Shown: piece after piece, positions 1-9,255 of the stretch
How the letters are laid out: each line of letters starts with the position of its first letter
Numbering within the stretch: the stretch's first letter is position 1
Source: an uncultured virus (IMG/VR IMGVR_UViG_3300025840_000014)
Taxonomy: Duplodnaviria; Heunggongvirae; Uroviricota; Caudoviricetes
Reading direction: 5' to 3' (one strand)
Length of the DNA stretch: 57,482 nucleotides
Virus record (IMG/VR): IMGVR_UViG_3300025840_000014
The notes under the pieces: model-generated
The model's input: the letters and a program-made list of their open reading frames with translations, nothing else
Databases searched by the model: none
What the model was told of the DNA's origin: nothing
Position numbers and translations under genes: made by a program

Positions 1-1
1 A

Positions 2-415
2 AAAGGCATCCCACGTCTCATTGATTTACGAAACTGGGTCATGGACGCTGTGTATGAAAACAAAATCGACTTTGTGTGCATCGAGTCATATTCGTTTTCT
101 TCGCGGAACTCTCATGCGCATTCTCTCGGTGAACTCGGCGGTGTGATCCGTGTGGCTCTATACGAAACAAACATACCTTGGGCGGATATCCCGCCTACAT
201 CAAGAAGCAAGTTTGCCACCGGCAAAGGTAATGCTTCTAAAAACGAAGTAGTGAGTTCAATATCTGCGAGAACCGGCATCGTGTGGTCTGGCAAAGGTGC
301 CGATGACATGTGTGACGCATGGGTTCTACGCCAGATGGGACTTAGCCATTTCGGTGAAAGCAACATTAATTGGCCTGAATCACATTTGGCCGCCCTAGAC
401 AAAATTGAGTGGTGA
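2..415 (+). CDS. RuvC-like Holliday junction resolvase (5'-truncated by window)
   Basis: Frame is open from base 2. Motifs VCIES, LGELGGVI, KFATGKGNASK and D-x2-DA match RuvC-family motifs. Confidence 0.75.
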   Translation, partial: KGIPRLIDLRNWVMDAVYENKIDFVCIESYSFSSRNSHAHSLGELGGVIRVALYETNIPWADIPPTSRSKFATGKGNASKNEVVSSISARTGIVWSGKGADDMCDAWVLRQMGLSHFGESNINWPESHLAALDKIEW

Positions 416-416
416 C

Positions 417-764
417 ATGAACCGTAGGAACAGCCCGATCAGCCAAATCGAGATCGAGAATAACTTGCTTGAGTTGATCGACGATTTGGAAGAAGAAACT
501 GAGGCATTTGAAATACTTGCCGAAGATCTCGCAAAGAAAGAGGCTATTCATAAATCATCTTGGGCGAAAGAATACTTGAGCGCCAAGGGGTCAATTAAGG
601 AACGCGAGTCATGGGCCGATTACAAAATGGCTGACTCGCAGTACGACTTCAAGATCGCCGAAGCCCTGCTCAAAGCAAAACGAGAAAAACTTCTTTCCTT
701 GCGGACGTCTATCGACGCGCTGCGTACTCTCAATGCTAACGTCCGGGCACAGGTGCAACCATGA
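417..764 (+). CDS. Helical hypothetical protein (possibly UvsY-like recombination mediator)
   Basis: ATG at 417 follows the RuvC stop. All-helical charged sequence; the UvsY resemblance is weak. Confidence 0.5.
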   Translation: MNRRNSPISQIEIENNLLELIDDLEEETEAFEILAEDLAKKEAIHKSSWAKEYLSAKGSIKERESWADYKMADSQYDFKIAEALLKAKREKLLSLRTSIDALRTLNANVRAQVQP

Positions 765-1540
765 GTAACATTCACGAAAATCTGTCCGACCTTCTTGTTG
801 ACCTCGATGACCTCGTTCCGCTGGATGGCAATCCGCGCAAAGGGAACATCGACGCTATTGCGGCTTCATACCGGGAGTTTGGGCAAGTCAAGCCAATTGT
901 TGTTCGAGCAAATGACGATGGCTCGATGACAGTCATCGCTGGAAACCACCAAGTAGAGGCGGCGCGCCGTCTTGGTTGGACGCAGATTGCTGCTGTCAAA
1001 ATGGATGGGGACATGTCGAAGGCCGTTGCCTTCGCGCTTGCGGATAACCGGACTACTGAACTCGGACAAAGCGATTCCGGCGCCGTCTATGATCTCATGC
1101 AGACCATCAACGAGGATTTTTCAAATCTTTTTGATGGTTTGGGATGGGACGAGTTTGAGATCGCCACCTACGAGGAGGCATCGTTCGGCAATAATGCGAA
1201 CAGTGATTCCGTCGGTTCGTCTTCGTACCTTCCCCCGACTATTCAAGACACACCTTTGCCGGAGTTTAAGCCGACGGTTCAAGAGGGAGAGGACGGCGAA
1301 CGTCGAATTGTCGCTGGTAGCGAAGTTGACCACAAGCAGGTAGCAATTCAGGGCAGCGGCGTCACCGGTCAAGGTGCGGCTCCCCAAGCGGTTGTCCAGT
1401 ACACGCTCGTTTTCGATGACCCGGAACAGCAACGCAGATGGTATGACTTCATCCGCTGGTTGCGCAACGATGCTGGTTACGACGGCGCGACAACGGCGGA
1501 AAAGATTATGTCGTTTATCGACGCACATTCGGAGGTCTAG
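761..1540 (+). CDS. ParB/Srx-like N-terminal domain protein
   Basis: GNPRKG, SYREFGQVKPIVV, VIAGNH, ALADNRT are ParB-N motifs. ATGA-type overlap with the upstream gene. Confidence 0.8.
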   Translation: MSNIHENLSDLLVDLDDLVPLDGNPRKGNIDAIAASYREFGQVKPIVVRANDDGSMTVIAGNHQVEAARRLGWTQIAAVKMDGDMSKAVAFALADNRTTELGQSDSGAVYDLMQTINEDFSNLFDGLGWDEFEIATYEEASFGNNANSDSVGSSSYLPPTIQDTPLPEFKPTVQEGEDGERRIVAGSEVDHKQVAIQGSGVTGQGAAPQAVVQYTLVFDDPEQQRRWYDFIRWLRNDAGYDGATTAEKIMSFIDAHSEV

Positions 1541-1541
1541 A

Positions 1542-2210
1542 GTGATTCACGAACATGGATTTGTTCGGCTAGATGGCGCTATGGCGGACGATCTGTCGGT
1601 TGTCAACTCTGCCCGCGTTTCTTTCGGCAACAAAGTTGAAACGATGAGCAAGGCAGATGAAGGTCTGATCAACTTCTTGATGCGAGAGCGTCACGGTACG
1701 CCTTTCGAACACAACTCGTTCCGCTTCCACGTCAAGTGCCCGATTTTCGTGGCGCGCGAGTGGTTCCGGCATCGGATCGGTTCCTTCAACGAATTGTCGG
1801 GCCGTTATACCCGTCTTGAAAATGAAGGGTATGTCCCACGGGGTGAGTACGTCAGGGAGCAAGTTGGCAAGCCCGGCAACTACACCTTCACGCCTGTTGA
1901 CGGTGAATTGGCTGACGAGATAAGTCAAACGATTTGGGCTGCGGAGAGACACGCCTTCGGAACGTATAACTATCTTTTGGAGCGAGGCGTTGCCCGCGAG
2001 GTTGCTCGTGTCGTGCTGCCTGTCGGAACGTTTACGGAGTTTTATTGGACGGTCAATGCGCGTGCCTTGATGAACTTCTTGTCGCTGCGGACAGATCCGA
2101 CTGCTCAGCGTGAAATTCGAGATTATGCAGACGAAGTTGAGAAATTATTTGCGGAAAAAATGCCGGTGACGTTTGACTCTTGGGTGGGCAACGATAAAGT
2201 TGCCCCATGA
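1542..2210 (+). CDS. thyX: FAD-dependent thymidylate synthase
   Basis: NSARVS, HGTPFEH, REWFRHR-x-SFNELSGRY signature, AQREIR. GTG start at 1542 with GGAGG at 1531. Confidence 0.95.
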   Translation: MIHEHGFVRLDGAMADDLSVVNSARVSFGNKVETMSKADEGLINFLMRERHGTPFEHNSFRFHVKCPIFVAREWFRHRIGSFNELSGRYTRLENEGYVPRGEYVREQVGKPGNYTFTPVDGELADEISQTIWAAERHAFGTYNYLLERGVAREVARVVLPVGTFTEFYWTVNARALMNFLSLRTDPTAQREIRDYADEVEKLFAEKMPVTFDSWVGNDKVAP

Positions 2211-2806
2211 CAAAACCAATTCGGCACGGCGAACATGCCGGGTATTCAAGGGGTTGTCGCTGTGATGCCTGCCTTGTTGCTCACCGCATATACAACCGCG
2301 ACCGCATGCGTATTATACGTAGGTATAAACAAGGGACAGGGCCCGCCCCAGTCAGAAGGTCAGTATCTCCCGACGTCACCCAGCGACACCTACTGTGGCT
2401 GAAAGAAAAAGGCCTAAGCATAAATGCCGTAGCGCTTAGGTCGGGGATCAACGAACAAACGTTGAAGAAGATCCGCTCTGGTCGCTCAAAAGAAGTGTGG
2501 AGAACAACAGAAGCCGCCGTGCTGCGCGTCCGCCCGGACGATTACGGGCCGAAGCAAATGGTGCGCTCAACGTACTGTAGAAAAATCGCTCAAAAAATTC
2601 GTGACGCTGGATACACGGTAGTAGAGATAAACCAGATGATGGGTCGCTCTCCCCACCCCTCCCCGCTGATTAGAGGCAAATGGATACGGATCGAGACGCA
2701 GGACAAGTGGGAAGCCCTGTACTTGGGCCTCTTCAAGCACCCCGTGCCATTCAAGAGGCCGACAGAGACTAAGTTGGCCCATGACGTTCGGAAGGGAAAA
2801 GTGTGA
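2207..2806 (+). CDS. Putative DNA-binding protein (HG-x3-GY-x2-GCRC-x2-C motif + HTH)
   Basis: HGEHAGYSRGCRCDAC then GLSINAVALRSGINEQTLKKIRSG (HTH-like). Architecture familiar from actinophages. Confidence 0.65.
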   Translation: MTKPIRHGEHAGYSRGCRCDACLVAHRIYNRDRMRIIRRYKQGTGPAPVRRSVSPDVTQRHLLWLKEKGLSINAVALRSGINEQTLKKIRSGRSKEVWRTTEAAVLRVRPDDYGPKQMVRSTYCRKIAQKIRDAGYTVVEINQMMGRSPHPSPLIRGKWIRIETQDKWEALYLGLFKHPVPFKRPTETKLAHDVRKGKV

Positions 2807-3957
2807 CTCGGCAACGCATGTTCTTAGACATCAGCGTCGTGGATGCTGCTAGGGAGAGAATCCGGCACGTCTACGACACGTTCGACACCGTCTGCGTTCA
2901 ATTCTCTGGCGGCAAAGACTCAACAGCAGTTCTGTACCTCGCAAAAGAAATCCATGAAGAACGCGGCTTGGGTCCGGTCAAGGTGATCTTCCGCGACGAG
3001 GAAATGGTTTCCCCGGCGACCATCAAGTACATCGAAATGGTGCGAGATTTCGATTGGGTCGACATGGAGTGGTACTGCTTGCCGTATGGCGCAGAAGTGT
3101 GGGTTTTGGGAAGACGCCAATCCGTTGTTCTCTGGAGCGACGTCCGCAAAGCGGAGGGGCGCTGGGTCCGCGACATGCCCGAAAACGCGATTACGGCCTA
3201 CCACTTCGGTCTTGACCATTCCGAAGGTCTGCCCGAATCTGTTGATTACTACACCATGCAAGGCAAGAAAGGATCTACGGCTTTCATTACCGGTGTTCGT
3301 GCGGCTGAATCCATGATTCGCTACCGGTCTTGCGTCCAGAAACTTCATGAAAATTATCTGGTTCGTCCCTACCGCTTGAAGCGCGGCATCCCCTTGCAGT
3401 TCGCCAAAATCATTTATGACTGGCAAGTCGATGATGTTCTCAAGTACATCACGGAGGAGCACAATGCCCCATACTGCGAATTCTACGATCTCGCTTCCCT
3501 GACGGGATCAAACACTCGCGTTGGCATCCCGCTGCACTCGGTCGCCATTCGACGTATCGGTGACGTGGTAGCAACGGAGCCCGAGTTCTACGATCGTCTT
3601 TACGAGTGCTTCCCGTACATTGACGCTCAACGTCGCTGGTGGCCTGAGTTTGATGTCGAGGGTGTCATTGAATCTTTTGCTGAGCGCGGGTGGGACGGCG
3701 TGAAGGAGTTCATCAACACGTTCATGCTGGGTGATGAAAAAAAGACTCGCGCGAGGGCATACGTGGCGGAGTTCCGCAAGAAGCATAATGCCGACCCGTA
3801 TTCGTACCCCTTGAACTGGCTTGTGCGGAATCTGCTCCTCAACGAATTGACCGTCACTGCGGCGTCGCCGGTTGGGCCGAAAACTCGCGCCGACACGCTG
3901 CGTAAGAAAGCAAAAGAAAAACTTGCCGAACAGGAGATTGCTGATGCAAATAGTTGA
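2803..3957 (+). CDS. PAPS-reductase-like PP-loop protein (IbrA/YbdN-like)
   Basis: FSGGKDS PP-loop, WYCLP, ITGVRAAES-x2-R, IYDW; adjacent ParB-like partner. Confidence 0.85.
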   Translation: MTRQRMFLDISVVDAARERIRHVYDTFDTVCVQFSGGKDSTAVLYLAKEIHEERGLGPVKVIFRDEEMVSPATIKYIEMVRDFDWVDMEWYCLPYGAEVWVLGRRQSVVLWSDVRKAEGRWVRDMPENAITAYHFGLDHSEGLPESVDYYTMQGKKGSTAFITGVRAAESMIRYRSCVQKLHENYLVRPYRLKRGIPLQFAKIIYDWQVDDVLKYITEEHNAPYCEFYDLASLTGSNTRVGIPLHSVAIRRIGDVVATEPEFYDRLYECFPYIDAQRRWWPEFDVEGVIESFAERGWDGVKEFINTFMLGDEKKTRARAYVAEFRKKHNADPYSYPLNWLVRNLLLNELTVTAASPVGPKTRADTLRKKAKEKLAEQEIADANS

Positions 3958-4492
3958 TGTTGACCCAGAGGAATTGAGTATCCCTTCATGGCACGCGACG
4001 TATATTCTTCGACCGGATTTGCTGGTTCTCGCAGAATCGCTTGGGACCGATGGAATTTTGTCTCCCGTGGTAGTTCAGCGGAGCACTGGAAGAATCATCG
4101 ATGGTTCTCAGCGAGTGCGTCTTATTTTGGGTAATAAGCACTTGCGTGGCATGTTCCCGACCGTTCCTGTTCTGTATAAGGACGTAACGGACGTTCAGGC
4201 CATGACGATGCACATCCAGTTGAACCGTGGACGAGGGTCGATTGTTGCGAAGTCTCTATCTTCGATCGTTCGGAAGTTGTTCCGGTCGCGCGCGATGACA
4301 GCAGATGATTTCATCCGGAAATTCAATATGCGTGGTGACGAGGTTGAACTAATGCTCAACCCGTCCATTATTAAGCAAAGAGCCGTCAAGGAACATAGGT
4401 ATTCTCGTGCTTGGGTTCCTGTCGAAGCGCCACCCGGAACGGTCGACAGCGCAGGTCAGGAAATTGAGACCCCGCCCAACAAAGACAGGTAA
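3944..4492 (+). CDS. ParB-like protein (IbrB/YbdM-like)
   Basis: GILSPVVV, IIDGSQR, HIQLNRGRG, YSRAWVP. ATG at 3944 after AGGAG, overlapping the PAPS-reductase-like gene. Confidence 0.8.
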   Translation: MQIVDVDPEELSIPSWHATYILRPDLLVLAESLGTDGILSPVVVQRSTGRIIDGSQRVRLILGNKHLRGMFPTVPVLYKDVTDVQAMTMHIQLNRGRGSIVAKSLSSIVRKLFRSRAMTADDFIRKFNMRGDEVELMLNPSIIKQRAVKEHRYSRAWVPVEAPPGTVDSAGQEIETPPNKDR

Positions 4493-4519
4493 TTACTGGC
4501 TATAAGCCACTGCCTCTGG

Positions 4520-4528
4520 TGGTACAAT
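4520..4528 (+). promoter_or_regulatory. Extended -10 promoter element TGGTACAAT
   Basis: TGn-TAnAAT consensus in an intergenic gap ahead of the structural operon; the same motif recurs at other operon starts. Confidence 0.5.
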
Positions 4529-4554
4529 CGTGAAGAACCTCAAGGAGTGTGATC

Positions 4555-4722
4555 ATGGCTGTACCCGGAAGAGGACGCGAAACAGTAAGACGGCCCGGGC
4601 GTATTCGTCGTATTGGTCGTTCTGTCGGTCAGGGCGTTGGTCGAGTAATTGGCCGTAACACCCGTCGTGACGAGCGTGTCCGCGACATCGTTCGCGAAGC
4701 ACTTCGCCGTCGTCGGGGGTGA
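4555..4722 (+). CDS. Small Arg-rich basic protein, 55 aa (not in ORF track)
   Basis: AAGGAG RBS at about 4542, ATG 4555, TGA 4720-4722. MAVPGRGRETVRRPGRIRR...ALRRRRG; 19 of 55 residues are Arg. Confidence 0.7.
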   Translation: MAVPGRGRETVRRPGRIRRIGRSVGQGVGRVIGRNTRRDERVRDIVREALRRRRG

Positions 4723-4739
4723 CCCTTAGGTAGTCACCG

Positions 4740-5366
4740 ATGTTGGTATCAATCAATGACCTGATGACGTATATGGACATCTCATTTTCGCTGCGTCAAC
4801 AGGATGCGGCGGAAATGGTGCTGGCCGGTCTTCAAAGCGAACTAGAGGCATATCTCCGCCGACCGGTAGAGCAGGCCAATTTCGTTGAGGAGCACACTCT
4901 CGACTCCAACCATGTTGGCGTCCCCATGTCGTCGTTCTTCTACAACACTTCACTTGACACGACGATGTCCCCGATTACGTATACCCAACCACCGACAACA
5001 ATTTATCTCGACAATTCTCCGATCAACTCTGTAAGTCAGGTTCGGCTCAAGCCAAACCTGAATGATGACTGGCAGGTCATGGAGAACGAGCGAGATTACG
5101 TTGTCCGAAGGTATGGCGTTGACCTCTTCAGAGGGTGGGCCGATGACCGAGTCGAGATCACCTACAACGGCGGCTTGGACGGAACACAAATCAAAGTTTT
5201 CAAACTTCTGATCCTTCGTGCCGCCACACGCGAAATGCAAAACATGCACGATGACGTGGTTGGCGTCAAAGACCTTGAGTCGCGGAACGTTGCCCCCTTG
5301 GAGACAGGATTCTTGGAAAAGGAATTGATGTCGGTCAAGAAGTACCGTCGCGTAAGGGTGGGCTGA
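4740..5366 (+). CDS. Head-tail connector/adaptor protein
   Basis: First gene of the neck block. LVSINDLMTY start, VEITYNGG and C-terminal KKYRRVRV are typical of head-tail adaptors. Confidence 0.65.
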   Translation: MLVSINDLMTYMDISFSLRQQDAAEMVLAGLQSELEAYLRRPVEQANFVEEHTLDSNHVGVPMSSFFYNTSLDTTMSPITYTQPPTTIYLDNSPINSVSQVRLKPNLNDDWQVMENERDYVVRRYGVDLFRGWADDRVEITYNGGLDGTQIKVFKLLILRAATREMQNMHDDVVGVKDLESRNVAPLETGFLEKELMSVKKYRRVRVG

Positions 5367-5367
5367 C

Positions 5368-5853
5368 ATGGCTCGCACTGGGCGCTACTCGGACGTGGAT
5401 TGGGATCCATCAGAAATGGACGACAAGGTCGGTGACATGCAGCACCGATCCGACAACTTCAAGCCTGTTTTTCGCGAAATGAAAGACTACTTAGAAGACG
5501 CTTGGGCTGGGAACTTTTTAAGCAACGGCTTGCGTGTCGGCGGATGGCAACCCCTCGATGCGAAGTACGCATCATGGAAAGCGGTCAGGTATCCCGGAGC
5601 GCAGCCGCTTGTCCAGACCGGGGAACTTTTCCGAAGCATACGCAATCTAAACAGCGCTGATGTTGAGATTGGGGATCGGGAAGCGAGTTTTGGGACCTCT
5701 ATCGAATACGCAAAATTTCACCAGTACGGCACGTCGAAAATGCCGAAACGTGAAATTATTTTCCAGCCCGAGGATTTTGAGCGTAAGTGGGGCGAATTGA
5801 CGGCACGTTTTATTGCCGATGGCGATACTGGCCTGAATGTGACGGCGATCTGA
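5368..5853 (+). CDS. Virion morphogenesis / tail completion protein (Mu gpG / P2 gpS-like)
   Basis: WQPL, LVQTGELFRSI, FGTSIEYAKFHQYGT-x-KMPKR motifs. Confidence 0.8.
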   Translation: MARTGRYSDVDWDPSEMDDKVGDMQHRSDNFKPVFREMKDYLEDAWAGNFLSNGLRVGGWQPLDAKYASWKAVRYPGAQPLVQTGELFRSIRNLNSADVEIGDREASFGTSIEYAKFHQYGTSKMPKREIIFQPEDFERKWGELTARFIADGDTGLNVTAI

Positions 5854-5854
5854 C

Positions 5855-6451
5855 ATGGATTTGATGCACGGCCCCCAGTTCGCGAAGCAGTACGTTACAA
5901 GATACTTGGAACTCGACATGCCTCAACGGCTTGTGTCGTACCGCAACGGTTGGGGAATGGACGACAGGACTTTGCCTTCACCGTTGAAGTACCTGACTTA
6001 CGAGCCCATTGCACTTGACGCATGGCCGACGATCATTACGGTTGTCATATCGACGCTCGGCATGGAGCGGATGGATTACGACAGATCTCACCCTATATAT
6101 CGTGTTGGTTACAACATGCGCACTTACGTCTGGGTTCGTGATGGTGGTTCCGAGCAGGCGACACTAATGCGAGATCAGTTGACTACTGTCGTCCGTTCTG
6201 CCCTGTTAGATCGGCCGTGCATGAAAGCCACTGACCCTCGCAAAACGTTTATGGCGATGATCGACGAGGGAACGCTTCGAGAAGAATTCTCTGATTTGAC
6301 GTTGCTCAAGGGTGACCGTGTTTTGGCCGGGTCGTATTTGTCGTATCAAATGCACATCAACGAGATCGTCGCGCGTGAGGACATCGGCCATGTTTCGGAA
6401 ATCGAAATCACCACCACATACCCAGACGAGCAAGGAAATCTTGAATCATGA
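5855..6451 (+). CDS. Putative tail terminator / neck protein
   Basis: Position between the morphogenesis protein and the sheath; 198 aa. Confidence 0.5.
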   Translation: MDLMHGPQFAKQYVTRYLELDMPQRLVSYRNGWGMDDRTLPSPLKYLTYEPIALDAWPTIITVVISTLGMERMDYDRSHPIYRVGYNMRTYVWVRDGGSEQATLMRDQLTTVVRSALLDRPCMKATDPRKTFMAMIDEGTLREEFSDLTLLKGDRVLAGSYLSYQMHINEIVAREDIGHVSEIEITTTYPDEQGNLES

Positions 6452-6708
6452 GCGAATGCAGATGCAGAGTTTTGAAGAATGGTGTGCCCGACGTGTTTGG
6501 GTTCGGCATTGATGCTTCCGGGATGGTTGCTGTGCACAACGTTTCAGCGAACGTTTTAGAGGTTTGCGATGCTGGCCACAAGGTTGAACCCGGACAGGTC
6601 ATTTTGGTTGACCCGGCACTGCCTTTAATCGTTTCTAACCGCAAAGGAAAGCGCTTGATCCTTAAGGCTGAGTTCAACTCAAAGGGTCAAATTTCCAAGA
6701 GCAAATAA
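6448..6708 (+). CDS. Hypothetical protein
   Basis: ATGA overlap with the upstream gene, AAGGA upstream. Confidence 0.55.
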   Translation: MSECRCRVLKNGVPDVFGFGIDASGMVAVHNVSANVLEVCDAGHKVEPGQVILVDPALPLIVSNRKGKRLILKAEFNSKGQISKSK

Positions 6709-6722
6709 GGTATACTGAGCAC

Positions 6723-7085
6723 ATGGCAACGAAGTTTTTCCAGATTTGTGACCGCGCGACGGCCAACCATGCCAAGACAGACGGCAAGGTCGGGTTCCAG
6801 AACGTGTCGCTGCATTCGCAGCAGGTTACCGAGCAGGGTAATCGCATCGGGCCACAGGAGCACGGGATCGTCGACAAGGTCGATTCGGTGTTGCAATCGC
6901 TCATTGATAACGGTGTTTGTGTTGTCAATGAGGTCGAAGTTGTTCCGCCTCCCAAAAAGGCGAAAGCAAAGGCGTCAGAACCCGCTCCGGAAGAGGAGCC
7001 AGCAACCGAGGAACCTGCTGCGGAAATTTCCGTGGAAGAGCCGGATGCTGCAGCGTCAGATGGGGATGGGTCTGATACCCTATAA
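6723..7085 (+). CDS. Hypothetical protein with acidic Pro/Glu/Ala tail
   Basis: Pre-sheath small protein. TATACT lies 6 nt before the ATG (leaderless-type spacing). Confidence 0.6.
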   Translation: MATKFFQICDRATANHAKTDGKVGFQNVSLHSQQVTEQGNRIGPQEHGIVDKVDSVLQSLIDNGVCVVNEVEVVPPPKKAKAKASEPAPEEEPATEEPAAEISVEEPDAAASDGDGSDTL

Positions 7086-7172
7086 GGAGCAGTTGCAATT
7101 GCTTGAAGAGATTCTCTGTACAATTGACAGAGGGTTTCGGAGAGTCAGCAGACTTAGAAGAGGAAGAGTCCT

Positions 7173-8642
7173 ATGCCGGGAGTCGTAATTTCAACAGCAG
7201 TTCGTACGGGCCCCACTGGGACCACGGTCCGCGAGTCTTCGCAGGCCTTCTTCGTCGGAATGGCCGAGCGCGGCCCACACGACGTCGCTACGAGAATCCG
7301 CAGCATGGAGGAGTTCGAGGCCGCCTACGGTGGCTACCAGTCGTACTCCTACCTGTATGACACGGTGGACGTCTTCTTCGAAGAGGGCGGAACCCAGTGC
7401 TATGTCGCTCGTGTCGTCGGACCGAACGCAACCGAAGGTTCAGAAACCCTCGTCAACGACGCTGGTGACAACGCAATCACGCTGACCGCGAACGGTCCGG
7501 GTGCATGGAGCGCAAACGTTGAGGTTGAGGTTGTGGCCGGAATTGCTGCCGGTTCCCGTCGCCTCAAGTTGTACTACGACGGCGCTCAGGTGTTCGACAC
7601 CGATGACTGCAGCACCGTCGAGCAGATGGCAGGCCGGATCAACTCCAGCAGCCTCGCCAACCGTTACGTGAGCGCCACGGTTGTGACCGCTTCTGTGCTT
7701 CCGTCGGTCACGGCGGCTCCAATTCCGACTCTGTCGGCTGGTGATGATGACCGTGCGGCTATCACTGACACTGAGCATGCGACCGCCCTTGCGCTGTTCT
7801 CCGATGCTCTTGGCACTGGGGTTGTTGCTAACGCCGACAGCACCTCGGCCACTGTCCGAGACGGGCTGATCGCTCACGCGAACACCTACAACCGGATTGC
7901 TTTCGTGTGCGCCCCTCTTGCGACGACCGCGACTGATGCCGCTACGGCTGGACGTACCGTCGCTGCCAACACGGCAAGCGCCGAGCATGGCGCGATGTAC
8001 TTCCCGTGGGTGCACCGCCCCACCGCGATTCCCGGTGTCAACCGTGCGATCCCGCCTTTGGGTTACGCCGCTGGCGCTCGTGCCCGCGCCCACAATCAGG
8101 TCGGCGCTGCTCAGCCCGGTGCCGGAATCGTCTCGAACGCCCGTTTCATCAACGGCGTCGAATTTGACCTCGACAAGGCGGCCGGCGATGCGCTGGATGC
8201 CGCTCACGTCAACGCCATCCGCACGATCAACAACACGATCCGCATCTACGGTGCGCGGTCGCTGTCCGCTGACACTGCGAACTTCCGCTACTACACCGGT
8301 CAGGACATCGTCAACCACGTGGTTGTCGAGGCCAACCGGTCACTTGAGGATCTTCTGTTCAGCGTCATCGACGGACGAAACAACATTTTTGCCAGCGTTG
8401 AAGCCAAACTGATCGCCATTCTTGAGCCGCTCCGCGTCTCTGGCGCTCTGTATGAGGCTTTTGACGAGAATGGCAAGCGGATCGACTACGGGTACACGGT
8501 GAAGTGCGACGCTTCACTGAACCCGACCACGCAACTTGCTGACGGCCTCATCAAGGCCAAGGTCGGTATGCGTGTGTCGAGCGTCGGCGACAAGATCGAA
8601 GTCGACATCGTAAAGAGCAACTTGACCGCCTCGGTTGTCTGA
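7173..8642 (+). CDS. Contractile tail sheath protein
   Basis: MPGV start, FVGMAERGP, FFEEGG-x2-CYVARV, YFPWV, PPLG, VNAIR, IYGARSL sheath motifs; 489 aa. Confidence 0.92.
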   Translation: MPGVVISTAVRTGPTGTTVRESSQAFFVGMAERGPHDVATRIRSMEEFEAAYGGYQSYSYLYDTVDVFFEEGGTQCYVARVVGPNATEGSETLVNDAGDNAITLTANGPGAWSANVEVEVVAGIAAGSRRLKLYYDGAQVFDTDDCSTVEQMAGRINSSSLANRYVSATVVTASVLPSVTAAPIPTLSAGDDDRAAITDTEHATALALFSDALGTGVVANADSTSATVRDGLIAHANTYNRIAFVCAPLATTATDAATAGRTVAANTASAEHGAMYFPWVHRPTAIPGVNRAIPPLGYAAGARARAHNQVGAAQPGAGIVSNARFINGVEFDLDKAAGDALDAAHVNAIRTINNTIRIYGARSLSADTANFRYYTGQDIVNHVVVEANRSLEDLLFSVIDGRNNIFASVEAKLIAILEPLRVSGALYEAFDENGKRIDYGYTVKCDASLNPTTQLADGLIKAKVGMRVSSVGDKIEVDIVKSNLTASVV

Positions 8643-8659
8643 CCAAGGGAGAATGACAG

Positions 8660-9124
8660 ATGGCCAAAACTTCACAGCGACAGATTCTCGCCGACATCGC
8701 GCCGGTTGACACCAACCACCCCAAGTGGGAGGGTTTCCGCTTCGCGCAGGTGTCGGGTGGCGAGATCACCGCGTCCGTCGAAAAAATCTATGAGGGTGGT
8801 GCCAAGTTCCCGACGGTTCTGTGCGCCCCCTTCGAGATTGGCGACATCACGCTTACCGCCCACTACGACGACGATTTCACCGAGAGTGACGGCGCTGCCG
8901 GTCTCGCTCGCAAGATCGCCCAGTTGCGACCGCTCGTCGGTCAGGCGTACTACAACGTGAACGTCAAGACGTACGACTGCGACATCGAGGTCATCGGCAC
9001 TGACCGTGTGTACCCGAACGCGCTTTTGGTGGGGATCACCGAGCCCGAGGGTGACTCGTCTTCGGGTGCTCCGGCGACCTTCGCTCTCACTTTCGCGATT
9101 CAGAACGTCAACTCGGCAACCTGA
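8660..9124 (+). CDS. Tail tube protein
   Basis: Directly after the sheath, 154 aa. FAQVSGG, GDITLT and D-S-S-S-x-A-x-ATFALTF are typical tube motifs. Confidence 0.85.
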   Translation: MAKTSQRQILADIAPVDTNHPKWEGFRFAQVSGGEITASVEKIYEGGAKFPTVLCAPFEIGDITLTAHYDDDFTESDGAAGLARKIAQLRPLVGQAYYNVNVKTYDCDIEVIGTDRVYPNALLVGITEPEGDSSSGAPATFALTFAIQNVNSAT

Positions 9125-9160
9125 TCGCTCGTTTCGAGCGGCCATTGAGCCGTTCGTTCT

Positions 9161-9202
9161 AGGGGCCTCATTCCGTTTTCCTCCTGACGGGATGAGGCCC
9201 CT
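9161..9202 (+). terminator. Stem-loop / probable terminator after sheath-tube
   Basis: AGGGGCCTCATTCCGT (9161-9176) pairs with ACGGGATGAGGCCCCT (9187-9202): a 16-bp stem with one G-U pair. Confidence 0.7.
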
Positions 9203-9255
9203 CTATTTACCCCCACTTCCGCCATTTGGCCTGTGTTTGTGCTACGTTTCGCGGT

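Noticed and set aside
1374..1541. N-terminal extension of ThyX given in the ORF track
   Set aside because: Overlaps the ParB gene. The GTG at 1542 has a GGAGG RBS and matches where ThyX homology begins. Similar over-extended starts were trimmed for ORFs at 3872, 9226, 33883, 41484 and 43577.
7440..8318. Long antisense ORFs (also 28652-29362, 34680-35555, 54514-55227)
   Set aside because: They lie opposite well-supported genes with biased codon usage and have no recognisable motifs.
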